Source: Candidatus Dormiibacterota bacterium
GTDB lineage: Bacteria > Chloroflexota > Dormibacteria > Aeolococcales > Aeolococcaceae
Direction: 5' to 3'
DNA: 64,000 nt
NCBI GenBank assembly: GCA_963718525.1
Contig: OY970355.1
Location: forward strand, 3,104,001 to 3,168,000
Numbering within the stretch: the first letter of the stretch is position 1; every line of letters starts with the position of its first letter. Below are positions 19,931 to 28,422 of the stretch, in pieces. The translations under genes and the position numbers were made by a program. Below the pieces are notes generated by a model. The model made no database searches and had not been told where the DNA came from. It saw only the letters and a program-made list of their open reading frames with translations.

Positions 19931-20680
19931 GTGCTGACTGTGGAGACTCCGCGAAAGGACACGAGCGCGCTCCGGCGCCTCGGTGCATTGCCCGCGACAG
20001 CGCTGTTCCGCCGCCGTGAGCAGGTCGCCCCGACGCCTCCTCCAGCATCGGGCATCGCCTGCACGATGCGTGGTTGCAGCAACGACACTGCCCAGCTATG
20101 TGCGTACCGTGATCGTCGCGACCGCTCCTGCACGGCCACGATCTGCCGTGCTCACGCGATCTCGCTTGGCGGCCGAACGTATTGCCGCCGGCACGCCGGC
20201 ACCGTGCAGGCGATCGGTGATCTGGCTCGGGACCAGAGTGCACACCCCGACGTCGACGACAGAGCTCCGTCGCTCGTGGACTGGATCGGCCGCGACATCG
20301 ACAGGGGCATCCGGACTCTGCTGGCGCGCGCCGCGCGCCCGGGCGAAAGCGTCATCGCCGATGAGGCTGCCCGGCTCGCCCACGACTTCCGCCGCAATGC
20401 CCGGTGGGAGCGGAGCTGGCGACTGATCGAGAGCACCGGCCCGATCCTCAACGTGACGCTGCACGTTGCGCAGGATGACGACTCGCTCGTGCACGTCAGG
20501 GTGGGAACCGAGGCGGTCGCGGACGGCGTACCTCCATGGATCGCCCGGCGCCGTGACGGGCAGGACGTCGAGGCAGCCATCGATATCTCCCAGCGACGGC
20601 TCTTCTACCGGTACCTCGAGGAGACGATCTCCGAGGCGGTGGCCCGGTTCCGCGACCGCTCCGATCGTATCGCCCAGTAG
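19931..20680 (+). CDS. Hypothetical protein with N-terminal Cys/His (B-box/AN1-like) metal finger
   Basis: CTMRGC, CAY, CTATICRAH, YCRRH; GGAGG upstream. Confidence 0.7.
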   Translation: MLTVETPRKDTSALRRLGALPATALFRRREQVAPTPPPASGIACTMRGCSNDTAQLCAYRDRRDRSCTATICRAHAISLGGRTYCRRHAGTVQAIGDLARDQSAHPDVDDRAPSLVDWIGRDIDRGIRTLLARAARPGESVIADEAARLAHDFRRNARWERSWRLIESTGPILNVTLHVAQDDDSLVHVRVGTEAVADGVPPWIARRRDGQDVEAAIDISQRRLFYRYLEETISEAVARFRDRSDRIAQ

Positions 20681-20742
20681 GAGCGGCGGCGGGGGTCACC
20701 GCCCCTCGAACGCGAACGCCCCACCATGGCTGGAGCGTAGTG

Positions 20743-20772
20743 TGGTAGTATTACTATCATCTTTTCTGATAG
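20743..20772. promoter_or_regulatory. Island motif TGGTAG-N5-CTATCA-N7-TGATAG
   Basis: TGGTAGtattaCTATCAtcttttcTGATAG upstream of Zn-ribbon copy 2. Confidence 0.75.
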
Positions 20773-20828
20773 CTTGTAGCCGACTCTTGCGCACGGTCGC
20801 CGGAGCGGTGCAGTCCGGAGGTAGCGCG

Positions 20829-21035
20829 TTGCCACGTAGATACAAGCCGGTCCATCTCGACGCAAAACCGGTCCCCGAGGCATGGCTGCAAGAGTTGGCA
20901 ACCTGCCCCCAGTGCGATTCCCGGCTGACCGAGGTGCTGGGGCGCATGGGCCTGCGTCTGCTGTTCCGCTGTGCGCAGTGCCGGGTCCGATTCTTCCGCC
21001 ACCCCAAGCCCACCGCAAGCGCGAGGTTCGTCTAG
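20829..21035 (+). CDS. Small Zn-ribbon protein, copy 2
   Basis: TTG after GGAGG; ATCPQC.SR.TEVLGRMGLRL.FRC..CRV.FFR shared with copy 1. Confidence 0.8.
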   Translation: MPRRYKPVHLDAKPVPEAWLQELATCPQCDSRLTEVLGRMGLRLLFRCAQCRVRFFRHPKPTASARFV

Positions 21036-21036
21036 C

Positions 21037-21381
21037 TCAGACCTTCACGTGCTCGACGTCGATCTCTGTCAGTTCGGCGGGACGCGGGACCCCATGCGCA
21101 TCGAGCAGCTGGAGACAGAGGATCAGGTAACGGGCGCTGATCAGATTGAGCCCGTATCCGCGAGTGAGTCGCTGAATCGCGCCAAGGGTGATGATGTCGC
21201 GCTGCGAGTACAGTCGACGGTTGCTGGCAGTCCGGCTGGGGACGACCAGGCCGAGATGCTCGTACATCATGAGCGTCCGCGTATGCGTGGCAAGGATTTC
21301 CGCCGTGATGCCGATCGTGTACAGGGGCTTGTCGAGGTTCAACATCTTGACCTCGCTGGTCGGAGCTGCCGCGCGTGTCAT
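21037..21381 (-). CDS. MerR-family (HspR-like) regulator, copy 2
   Basis: 114 aa, close paralog of 16883..17227 (LDKPLYTI, RTLMMYE, YSQRDI, CLQLLDAHG.PRP). Confidence 0.88.
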   Translation of the reverse strand: MTRAAAPTSEVKMLNLDKPLYTIGITAEILATHTRTLMMYEHLGLVVPSRTASNRRLYSQRDIITLGAIQRLTRGYGLNLISARYLILCLQLLDAHGVPRPAELTEIDVEHVKV

Positions 21382-21401
21382 CTGTGACGACGAATCCGCA
21401 A

Positions 21402-22376
21402 CTACGCTGCGCGACGCCTGGCGTGCACGCGCAGGCGCACCACCGATCCCATCTCGCGCGACGAGCGCAGTTGCACGAGATCACAGAGCTGGTTGGCGGT
21501 CCAGAGGCCGCGTGCCCGAGTAGGATCCGCACCCGGCTGCTGCCGGTCGACAAGCGGGTCGCTGATCACGCCACGATCGGAGATCTCGCATACAACATCG
21601 CCATCGTCGAACCAGATCCGCGCGACGCCGCTCCCGGCGCCGTGGGTGACGCTGTTGGTTGCGACTTCGCTGACCGCGAGAATGAGGTCGTCAAGCCGTG
21701 CGGCGGAAAGCCCGGCGCGGGCGCCCTGAGTCGCGACCAGCGCGCGCAGTTCTCCGAGCGTGGCCGCTGTGAAGGACATCTCGGCGACGACCGTGGCGGG
21801 AGGCGCGAACGGCGATGAACGCGGAGCGCTTGGAGCCTGAAACTCCTCGCGACCACCGTCGCGTTCCGCCGAGACGGCCCCGCGGCTGTTGCCGATCACG
21901 GGGTGCGTCGTCCGCGCACCCTTGATGACTTCTGGATCGAGACCGGCGACGTCATATGGGCAGATCAGCCAGAAGCCTTGCACGCCGGCAAACGCCCGGT
22001 TGATGAGGGCCTCGTGCCACTGGCATTCCTCGAGGTGGACAGCAGAGCGACCAGGCCAGATCGGCTCGCCGACTCCGCGCATCCGCACGGCACCGGAGTG
22101 AGCGCCCGCGACAGCGAATTCATCCCACGCTGGAATGATCCGCGCGGGGTTCGCCCCGACGATCCGCATGTCGCGATATTCGACGAGCCCATCGTCGACG
22201 CCGCCGACACGCGCGCGGAGCGCGTCGATCTTGGGACCGCTGACCATCACCAGAGTCGGGTCCCCGGCGGCGATGCCATCGGTGATGAACTGCGCGACGT
22301 TTTCGACGAACTCGCTCTCATCTCTGTAGAAAACGGCCTCGTGGCGGAAGTCCGCGATGCTCGTGTTGCTGCTCAC
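21402..22376 (-). CDS. MEDS sensor + HATPase anti-sigma factor (RsbA/RsbW-like)
   Basis: FRHEAVFY, GVGEP, WLICPYD (MEDS); AVSEVATNSVTHG, ISDRG, RGLW (HATPase_c_2). Confidence 0.9.
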   Translation of the reverse strand: MSSNTSIADFRHEAVFYRDESEFVENVAQFITDGIAAGDPTLVMVSGPKIDALRARVGGVDDGLVEYRDMRIVGANPARIIPAWDEFAVAGAHSGAVRMRGVGEPIWPGRSAVHLEECQWHEALINRAFAGVQGFWLICPYDVAGLDPEVIKGARTTHPVIGNSRGAVSAERDGGREEFQAPSAPRSSPFAPPATVVAEMSFTAATLGELRALVATQGARAGLSAARLDDLILAVSEVATNSVTHGAGSGVARIWFDDGDVVCEISDRGVISDPLVDRQQPGADPTRARGLWTANQLCDLVQLRSSREMGSVVRLRVHARRRAA

Positions 22377-23326
22377 CTCGCTCCCCCAGCTCCGGTGTCG
22401 GCTGGGGCTGCAGATGCGTTTCGCACGAGCCCGGCAGCGCTCATCGCTCGCTGAAGACGCGGCTGGATGCCGCGCAGCGTCACGTGTCCCGCAGCCTCGG
22501 CCGCGACGAGCATGCGCAGGCCGGCGACCGAGCAGAAGGTGACCGCGGAGAGATCGATGGTGACCGCAGGGTGGCTGCCCGTGGCGTTCTCGATCGCTTC
22601 GCCCAGCGCATCGATGTTCGCCTCGTCGATGCTTCCCACCAGACTCAGATTCGGGCCGTGGGAGTGCGAGATCAGCAACCCTGCGGTCGCCACGACATCA
22701 CCCTCATGCGCTCCCCCGAAACCCTCGGGTCGGAGGATCGAATCTTCGTCCGCCGACGGCAGGTCGAGGCGCGAGCTGTGCTGCCATTCGCCGAGCACGT
22801 GCGCGGCGCGCGCCGTGAGATCGATCGGTGAGTAGCCGATGTCGGCGATCCGATCCGCATACTTTGTGATGAACGCGCTGAACTCCGCCACAAACTCACG
22901 GACCACCGCCGCGAGCGCGGCTCGTGCTGCGCGATCATCCGCTGGGGCCGCGAGCGCGGCCGCCTTGGCAGTGATCAATTGCCTGAGCGAATCCGGGTAG
23001 AGCCGCTCGAACTCGGCGTTGAGCGTCCGCAGCACCTCGATCCGTCCCGGTCCCATCATCGCTAGCCAGCGCATCCTCTCGAGGTCGGAACCGAGTGCGC
23101 AGCGCGGGTAGAACTGATTCGTGGCGAGCTCGCCAACCATGAGATGTGCGCACGCGACATGCGTTCCGAGCGGCTTTCCATAGGAGGTGGCCGCGATGAA
23201 CTGCGCACGTTGAAACGCGGGGCAGTCGGGGCTCAAACTGTCGAAGCTAGGACCGAAACGGCACCGATCTCGTGGCTCCTGGTCCTTCGATGTGCGTGCC
23301 ATCTGGCGCTTGGAAAGAATGGCCAT
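22373..23326 (-). CDS. Cys-rich N-terminal domain + STAS (anti-anti-sigma) domain
   Basis: C-terminal LVGSID...IDLSAVTFCSVAGLRML (phospho-Ser motif); N-terminal CRF, CPAF, CAHL, RCALG. Confidence 0.78.
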   Translation of the reverse strand: MAILSKRQMARTSKDQEPRDRCRFGPSFDSLSPDCPAFQRAQFIAATSYGKPLGTHVACAHLMVGELATNQFYPRCALGSDLERMRWLAMMGPGRIEVLRTLNAEFERLYPDSLRQLITAKAAALAAPADDRAARAALAAVVREFVAEFSAFITKYADRIADIGYSPIDLTARAAHVLGEWQHSSRLDLPSADEDSILRPEGFGGAHEGDVVATAGLLISHSHGPNLSLVGSIDEANIDALGEAIENATGSHPAVTIDLSAVTFCSVAGLRMLVAAEAAGHVTLRGIQPRLQRAMSAAGLVRNASAAPADTGAGGAR

Positions 23327-23392
23327 CGAGCCAGCTCAGGCCGGCACGCGGTCGATCATGATAGTGAGTGTATACCGTGCGGCCAGCCGCCG

Positions 23393-23480
23393 AGAAGAGC
23401 TACCACCCCGGCCGGGGATGACCCCCGGCAGGGTGGGCTTTGGGGAGGGAAATTCGAATGCCGGTGGAATAATCCACCCA
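23393..23480 (-). ncRNA. Candidate sRNA B (paralog of A)
   Basis: Minus strand: GGTGGA-TTAT-TCCACC stem, TTTCCCTCCCCAAAG, CCACCCTGCCGGGG...CCCCGGCCGGGGTGG stem, CTCTTC tail. Confidence 0.6.
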
Positions 23481-23486
23481 GAGGTG

Positions 23487-23541
23487 ACTCTATCAGCCTG
23501 GTAGACCTGCTGTCAAGCAAACTTATAACATGGCTATACGG
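23487..23541 (-). promoter_or_regulatory. Promoter of candidate sRNA B overlapped by the island motif
   Basis: Minus strand CCGTATAGC-N16-TTGACA-N18-TAGAGT; TGGTAG-N5-CTGTCA 23499-23515 and CTATCA 23490-95 overlap it. Confidence 0.65.
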
Positions 23542-23571
23542 ATAGTGATCTCGCCAGGTTCGCGCACGAGG

Positions 23572-23937
23572 CTAGGCATCACGGAGATGCACAGCTGCCT
23601 CCTCCGCGGGAGGCTCGTCGTCGACGTCGACACCGAGTGGGTCGGGCTCGGCGAGGGCGACACCGTCCTCTCCGGTCTCACCGTCGATCAATTCGGCTCG
23701 CTCCGGAAGGTTTGTTTCGACCGCTGAATCGGGTTCCTCCTCGGCGAGCCGCTCGTCGAGGGTCTCGCGGACGTCAGGATCGACGATGCGGCGCGCCGCG
23801 AGGTCCCGGGCGTCGGTCTCATCGCCGACCACCTCGGCTGGGTCCGGTTCGACGGCACCAGGGATCAATGCGTCGTCGTCCGGCACGTCGTTCGATGGCA
23901 GGTCTTCCGGGTGGGGGCCGGGGTTGTTCGAACTCAT
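23572..23937 (-). CDS. Acidic DUF5709-like protein
   Basis: ETLDERLAEEEPD and PAEEAAVH motifs. Confidence 0.7.
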   Translation of the reverse strand: MSSNNPGPHPEDLPSNDVPDDDALIPGAVEPDPAEVVGDETDARDLAARRIVDPDVRETLDERLAEEEPDSAVETNLPERAELIDGETGEDGVALAEPDPLGVDVDDEPPAEEAAVHLRDA

Positions 23938-24041
23938 GGTGCTATGCAATCAGATCCATACGTGCCGGCGGGCCGTGCCGTCCGCCGGGGCCTCTTCAAT
24001 CAGGCTGCCACGCTGATACTCGCGCTCTATTCACATCCTTC

Positions 24042-24060
24042 CTATCAGTTTCGCTGATAA
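24042..24060. promoter_or_regulatory. Island motif CTATCA-N7-TGATAA
   Basis: CTATCAgtttcgcTGATAA, 7 bp before the receiver start. Confidence 0.7.
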
Positions 24061-24067
24061 TAGCTTT

Positions 24068-24475
24068 GTGGACGACGACGTGAAGGTCCTGTTGATCGAG
24101 GACGACGCGGCTGCCGCCGAAATGTACCGGCTTCGGCTGGCCGCTGACGGCTACACAATCGTCATCGCGCGAGATGGCGAGGAAGGGTTGCGGATGGCCT
24201 CGGAAAACTCACCCGACTTCATCTATCTCGACCTGCGTCTGCCCGGGCTCGATGGCTTCGAGGTCCTCGAGCGGCTCAGGGGGGATCCGGCCACGACACA
24301 CATCCCGGTCATCATCCTCAGCAACTACGGCGAGCCGGAGTTGCGCGAGCGAGGCCTGAAGCTCGGAGCGCTGGAGTTCCTGGTCAAGGCGGACACGACA
24401 CCAGCGCAGCTGTCCACAAAGGTCGGGCAGTCCCGCGAGCCGCACGCGATCCCCTCGGGAGACGCGCCCCGCTGA
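24068..24475 (+). CDS. Single-domain response regulator (close paralog of 15680..16123)
   Basis: DDVKVLLIEDD.AAAEMYRLRL.ADGY, IYLDLRLPGLDGFEVLE, FLVKADTTPAQL. Confidence 0.92.
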   Translation: MDDDVKVLLIEDDAAAAEMYRLRLAADGYTIVIARDGEEGLRMASENSPDFIYLDLRLPGLDGFEVLERLRGDPATTHIPVIILSNYGEPELRERGLKLGALEFLVKADTTPAQLSTKVGQSREPHAIPSGDAPR

Positions 24476-24491
24476 GGGTCTCCGTGTTGTG

Positions 24492-24522
24492 CCGGCGGCT
24501 GCCCCGGAGAGCCAGCCGCCGG
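24492..24522. terminator. GC-rich hairpin between convergent genes
   Basis: CCGGCGGCTG...CAGCCGCCGG. Confidence 0.55.
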
Positions 24523-24613
24523 ACTTCACGCCCCGTGCTTCAAACGGTGGGATCGGATATCGCTCCTATCCAAGTTCATGATAGTGCTGCTGTACTGTTC
24601 GCCGCAACAAGCG

Positions 24614-25858
24614 CTAGGCGCCGTGGGGCACCGGCTCGGTGTGCACCCCCTCCTCCTCCACCGCTCCGACCTCTTCCCCGAGCCGGGGCAGGCTGTCGAC
24701 GCTGACCGAGTCGCCGGGGGTCGTGGTCATAGGCTCCTCACCGCGCCTGGCGCGGTAGAGGGCTCCCAGGAAAATGTTGCCCACGGCTGCGATGGGAACA
24801 GCGAAGAGCGCACCCAGGATTCCCGCCAGCTCGGCACCGACGAGCAGCGCCGCCATGGCCACCAGGGCGTGGAGGCGCGTCACCCGGCCGTAGATCCGAG
24901 GCCCGAGCAGGTACGCGTCGATGGCATGGCCGGCTAGGCCGATGCCGCCCGCGAAGAGTGCGAGTGCCGGACTCTGCACCAGGGCCACCAGAACGGCGAG
25001 CGCCATGGCCACCACCGCGCCGACGATGGGAATGAACTCCAGGAAGAACGCGGCAATGCCGATGAGAATCGCGTATCTGACGCCGATGAGAGTCAGCGCC
25101 ACCCCGGTGTACGTCCCGATGATGAACGACATCACCACCTGCCCGCGAACGTATGCGGCAACCGTCGATCCGATCGCGAGCGCCGCAAAGTCGAACTCGC
25201 GCTGATGATTGGGAGCGAGGTTGCGTGCAGTTGCGACCACCGCTCGTCCTTCGATGAGGAGGTAGATCGAGATGACCACCACCAGTACGACACTCACCAC
25301 TCCCGAGACGAACGCTGCGACAACGCCGAGTGCCACGCCGATCTGCTGACCGTTCAGGGTGTTGATCAACGATGTGAATGAGTAGGAAATCCCGTGCTGT
25401 CGCAATTGATTCTCGATCGTCGAGAGGAGCATCGGCAGCTGCTTCGCCTGCGCGATCACGGTCGGAAGCACCAGCACGATTGCGCCGGCAATGATCGCGA
25501 TCCCGACCCCGTAGAGCAGCAGCACCGCGAAGGAACGATGGCCGCGAAACGGTCGGATCCGCTCCATCGCGTCCACGAGCGGAGTCAGGATGAGTGCGAG
25601 GATTCCTGCGAAGACGAAGAGCAGCAGAACATTGAAGATGTGGACGAGGATGAATGCCGCACCTTCGAAGATCCAGATGAGCGCCAGGATGATCCCCAGC
25701 CATACCAACGCTTTCAGGGAGCGGCTTTCCCAGAGTTGGGAGCGCATCGACCGGCTCGCCGAGGCCGCCTGTGATCGTCGCGGCGTGGCGCCGTCCTTGG
25801 CCGCGCGCCGCCGAGCAGGTGACGAGGATGCGGTTCGCTTAGACGGAGACGTGCTCAA
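24614..25858 (-). CDS. AI-2E family (PerM/YtvI) transporter
   Basis: ILALILTPLV, YVRGQ, EFIPIVG, GILGALFAVPIAA. Confidence 0.9.
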   Translation of the reverse strand: MSTSPSKRTASSSPARRRAAKDGATPRRSQAASASRSMRSQLWESRSLKALVWLGIILALIWIFEGAAFILVHIFNVLLLFVFAGILALILTPLVDAMERIRPFRGHRSFAVLLLYGVGIAIIAGAIVLVLPTVIAQAKQLPMLLSTIENQLRQHGISYSFTSLINTLNGQQIGVALGVVAAFVSGVVSVVLVVVISIYLLIEGRAVVATARNLAPNHQREFDFAALAIGSTVAAYVRGQVVMSFIIGTYTGVALTLIGVRYAILIGIAAFFLEFIPIVGAVVAMALAVLVALVQSPALALFAGGIGLAGHAIDAYLLGPRIYGRVTRLHALVAMAALLVGAELAGILGALFAVPIAAVGNIFLGALYRARRGEEPMTTTPGDSVSVDSLPRLGEEVGAVEEEGVHTEPVPHGA

Positions 25859-26010
25859 GGTTGAAGCTGTAGACTATCAGTAAAGCTGACATTGTCAGTG
25901 TAGATTGTTGCGCTCAACTGCGTACGTGGGAGCAGGTCTACATTCAGCAATGTGTATCTTGGTGATATAGTCGATATCATCAAAATGGCCGGTCATTCAC
26001 TCGCGTAGCT

Positions 26011-28422
26011 GTGCCCGAAGGGATCCAGAAGGATTCGTCCTCCAGGGCCGTCCAATCTCCATACCGGCCGGCTACGATCGAAGCGGAGCCCAGCGACCCG
26101 CAGGACGGCAGCCGCGTCAATGAGGCCCTCGGTCGCCTTGTCGCGCGACTTCTGGATGACCTTCCCCCTGATCCACGCGAAACCGTGCCACTTCGGGATC
26201 TGCTCCGGACCATGGCCGTCGAGGGCACCCGCGTCGTGCCGCACACCGAGTGCGTCATCTCGGTGGTTCCGGCCTGGCGACCGGACGTCTTTCAGGTCGT
26301 CGCCGCCTCCGGCCCGTGGGCAGAACGCCTCGTCGGCGAGGAGTGGCCGCTGCATGACGGGATGCTGCACGGGCGCGCCATACTGAATCGCGTTCCCGTC
26401 GAGACCACCGACGCACCCAACGAGAGTGCTGCTCCCGAGGTCTTCGGCTCGCATATCCGCATCGGACGGCTGGTGCCGATGACGGCCGGTCTCCCACTCC
26501 CTGACGGACGCGTCGGCATGGGTGTCGTGGGTTTCTGGCGCCCCGAGACCAGGCCGTTCACCGATACCGAGCGAGCAATCATGGATCGCTTCACAGGGCT
26601 CATCAGCATCATGGTGCTTGGTGACGAGGCGAGTGAGTCCACACGGCACCTGGTCGATCGGCTGCGACTGACCAGGGAGGCGACACGCGAACTTTCGTCC
26701 TCGCTGGATCCGTCGCGGGTCGTGCAGGCGATCGTCGAACGCATCGCCGAGCTGGTTGACGTCGATCGCATCACGGTGACCAAGTTCTGGCCGGACTCGG
26801 TCGAGGCGATCGCAGGCTACGACAGGAGTTGCGTGCCCGCGCGCATCGGCGCCAGGTGGAGTTCGACGCCGGAACTTCGCGCCGAGATCGACAGCGGCGA
26901 GGCGGCGCTCGAAAGCCTTGCCGATGTCGCGGGGATGCCATCCGACATGCGCGAACAGCTCTCGGATGTGCGAAGGCGCGTGATCCTGCCGCTCAGAGCC
27001 GGTGGCCGCGTTCTCGGCATCCTCGCAGTGAGTTGCCGGACCGACAAGCCCTTTGCGCAGCTCGATTTGGAGAATCTCGAGCAGATCTCGCTCTCAGCGG
27101 CTCTCGCACTCCAGAATGCCAGCCTGTTCGCCGAGACAAAGGAAGCGCAGGAGAAAGCACTGCATGCGCTGTTGAGCGTGTCCGACCATCTCGACGCCAC
27201 CTCGAGCGACGTCGACCTCTATGCGCGCTTCGCCGCAACCGTGGCGGAGCTGGTCGGCGCTCGGCGCGTGAGCCTCTGGAGACTCAGCACGGATGGCACG
27301 CGATTGCGGCCCGCGGCGGGAGCGCACGGTGTATCCAAGAGGGAGTTCGAACGGCTGCGATCGGTCCCGTGTGACCCGCACGGGGCATCCGAACGTGATC
27401 GCGTCGTCTTCGGTGACGCGGTGTTCCGAGGGCGCGCCGCGGACCTCGGACTGGGTGCACCAACCGGCGAACAGGAGCATCCGCGGGCCGAAGCGATGGC
27501 AGTTGCGTGGCGCGCCGGCTCGTTGCGCCTCGGCGTGCTCGCCGCTCATGAGCCGATCAAGCTCTCGGGATTCAGCGACGAGGACGCATGGACGCTGCAG
27601 CTCGCCGCGTTCGCCGCGGGTCTCGTCTGGCAGATCAAGGCGTCAGAGGAGCGCATCCGGGCTCTCGGCGATGCGGAGGCACGCCGCCTGAACGAACACA
27701 TCGAGCGCACGCGGTCAATGGAAAAGATGCGTTCCGACTTCCTCAAACTCGCATCGCACGAGCTGCGCGGGCCGATTGCGGTGGTGCGCGGCTATTTCTC
27801 GATGATGGCCGACAAGTCGCTCGATGCAGAAGCGCTCGAGCGTGCCATGCCCGTCATCGAGCGCAAGCTCGACGATATGAACGCGCTGGTCAATGAGATG
27901 CTCGAAACAGCACGGCTCGACGATGGCATCACGAGGCTCGAGCGCCAACCGCAGAGCCTGCGCACCCTCGTGGCGGCCTCGACGGCCACTCTGCAATCAC
28001 AGCTGTCCTCACGACATCACCTCGACGTTCGTCTGCCAGGCAGCGCGGTGCTGGTCGATGTCGACGCGGGAAGGATCGAGACAATCATGAGAAACCTTCT
28101 CGACAACGCGATCAAGTTCTCACCCGAGGGAGGCGTGATCAGCTGCCACGTGACCGCGAGTGATGATGTTGCGCGAATCACGGTCATCGATCACGGCCTC
28201 GGCATCCCGCCTGAGCAGATGCACCGTCTGTTCACGCGCTTCAGCCGGCTGGTGACCCCGCAGAACAGTCACATCTCGGGCACCGGCCTGGGGCTCTACC
28301 TTTCGCGTGAACTCGCCCGCCTCCACGGCGGCGACATCACTGCGCACTCGACTCCAGGAGGCGGCGCGTCGTTTGTGCTGACGCTGCCGACGTGGCACGC
28401 GGAGCGCGCAACTTCCGGGTAA
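26011..28422 (+). CDS. Triple-GAF sensor histidine kinase (cytoplasmic)
   Basis: Three GAF-like regions, ASHELRGPI, NLLDNAIKFS, DHGLGI, GTGLGLY. Confidence 0.92.
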   Translation: MPEGIQKDSSSRAVQSPYRPATIEAEPSDPQDGSRVNEALGRLVARLLDDLPPDPRETVPLRDLLRTMAVEGTRVVPHTECVISVVPAWRPDVFQVVAASGPWAERLVGEEWPLHDGMLHGRAILNRVPVETTDAPNESAAPEVFGSHIRIGRLVPMTAGLPLPDGRVGMGVVGFWRPETRPFTDTERAIMDRFTGLISIMVLGDEASESTRHLVDRLRLTREATRELSSSLDPSRVVQAIVERIAELVDVDRITVTKFWPDSVEAIAGYDRSCVPARIGARWSSTPELRAEIDSGEAALESLADVAGMPSDMREQLSDVRRRVILPLRAGGRVLGILAVSCRTDKPFAQLDLENLEQISLSAALALQNASLFAETKEAQEKALHALLSVSDHLDATSSDVDLYARFAATVAELVGARRVSLWRLSTDGTRLRPAAGAHGVSKREFERLRSVPCDPHGASERDRVVFGDAVFRGRAADLGLGAPTGEQEHPRAEAMAVAWRAGSLRLGVLAAHEPIKLSGFSDEDAWTLQLAAFAAGLVWQIKASEERIRALGDAEARRLNEHIERTRSMEKMRSDFLKLASHELRGPIAVVRGYFSMMADKSLDAEALERAMPVIERKLDDMNALVNEMLETARLDDGITRLERQPQSLRTLVAASTATLQSQLSSRHHLDVRLPGSAVLVDVDAGRIETIMRNLLDNAIKFSPEGGVISCHVTASDDVARITVIDHGLGIPPEQMHRLFTRFSRLVTPQNSHISGTGLGLYLSRELARLHGGDITAHSTPGGGASFVLTLPTWHAERATSG

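Noticed and set aside
28337-28422. 86-bp convergent overlap of the treZ and kinase 3' ends
   Set aside because: Most likely stop-codon drift in high-GC DNA; no evidence of function.
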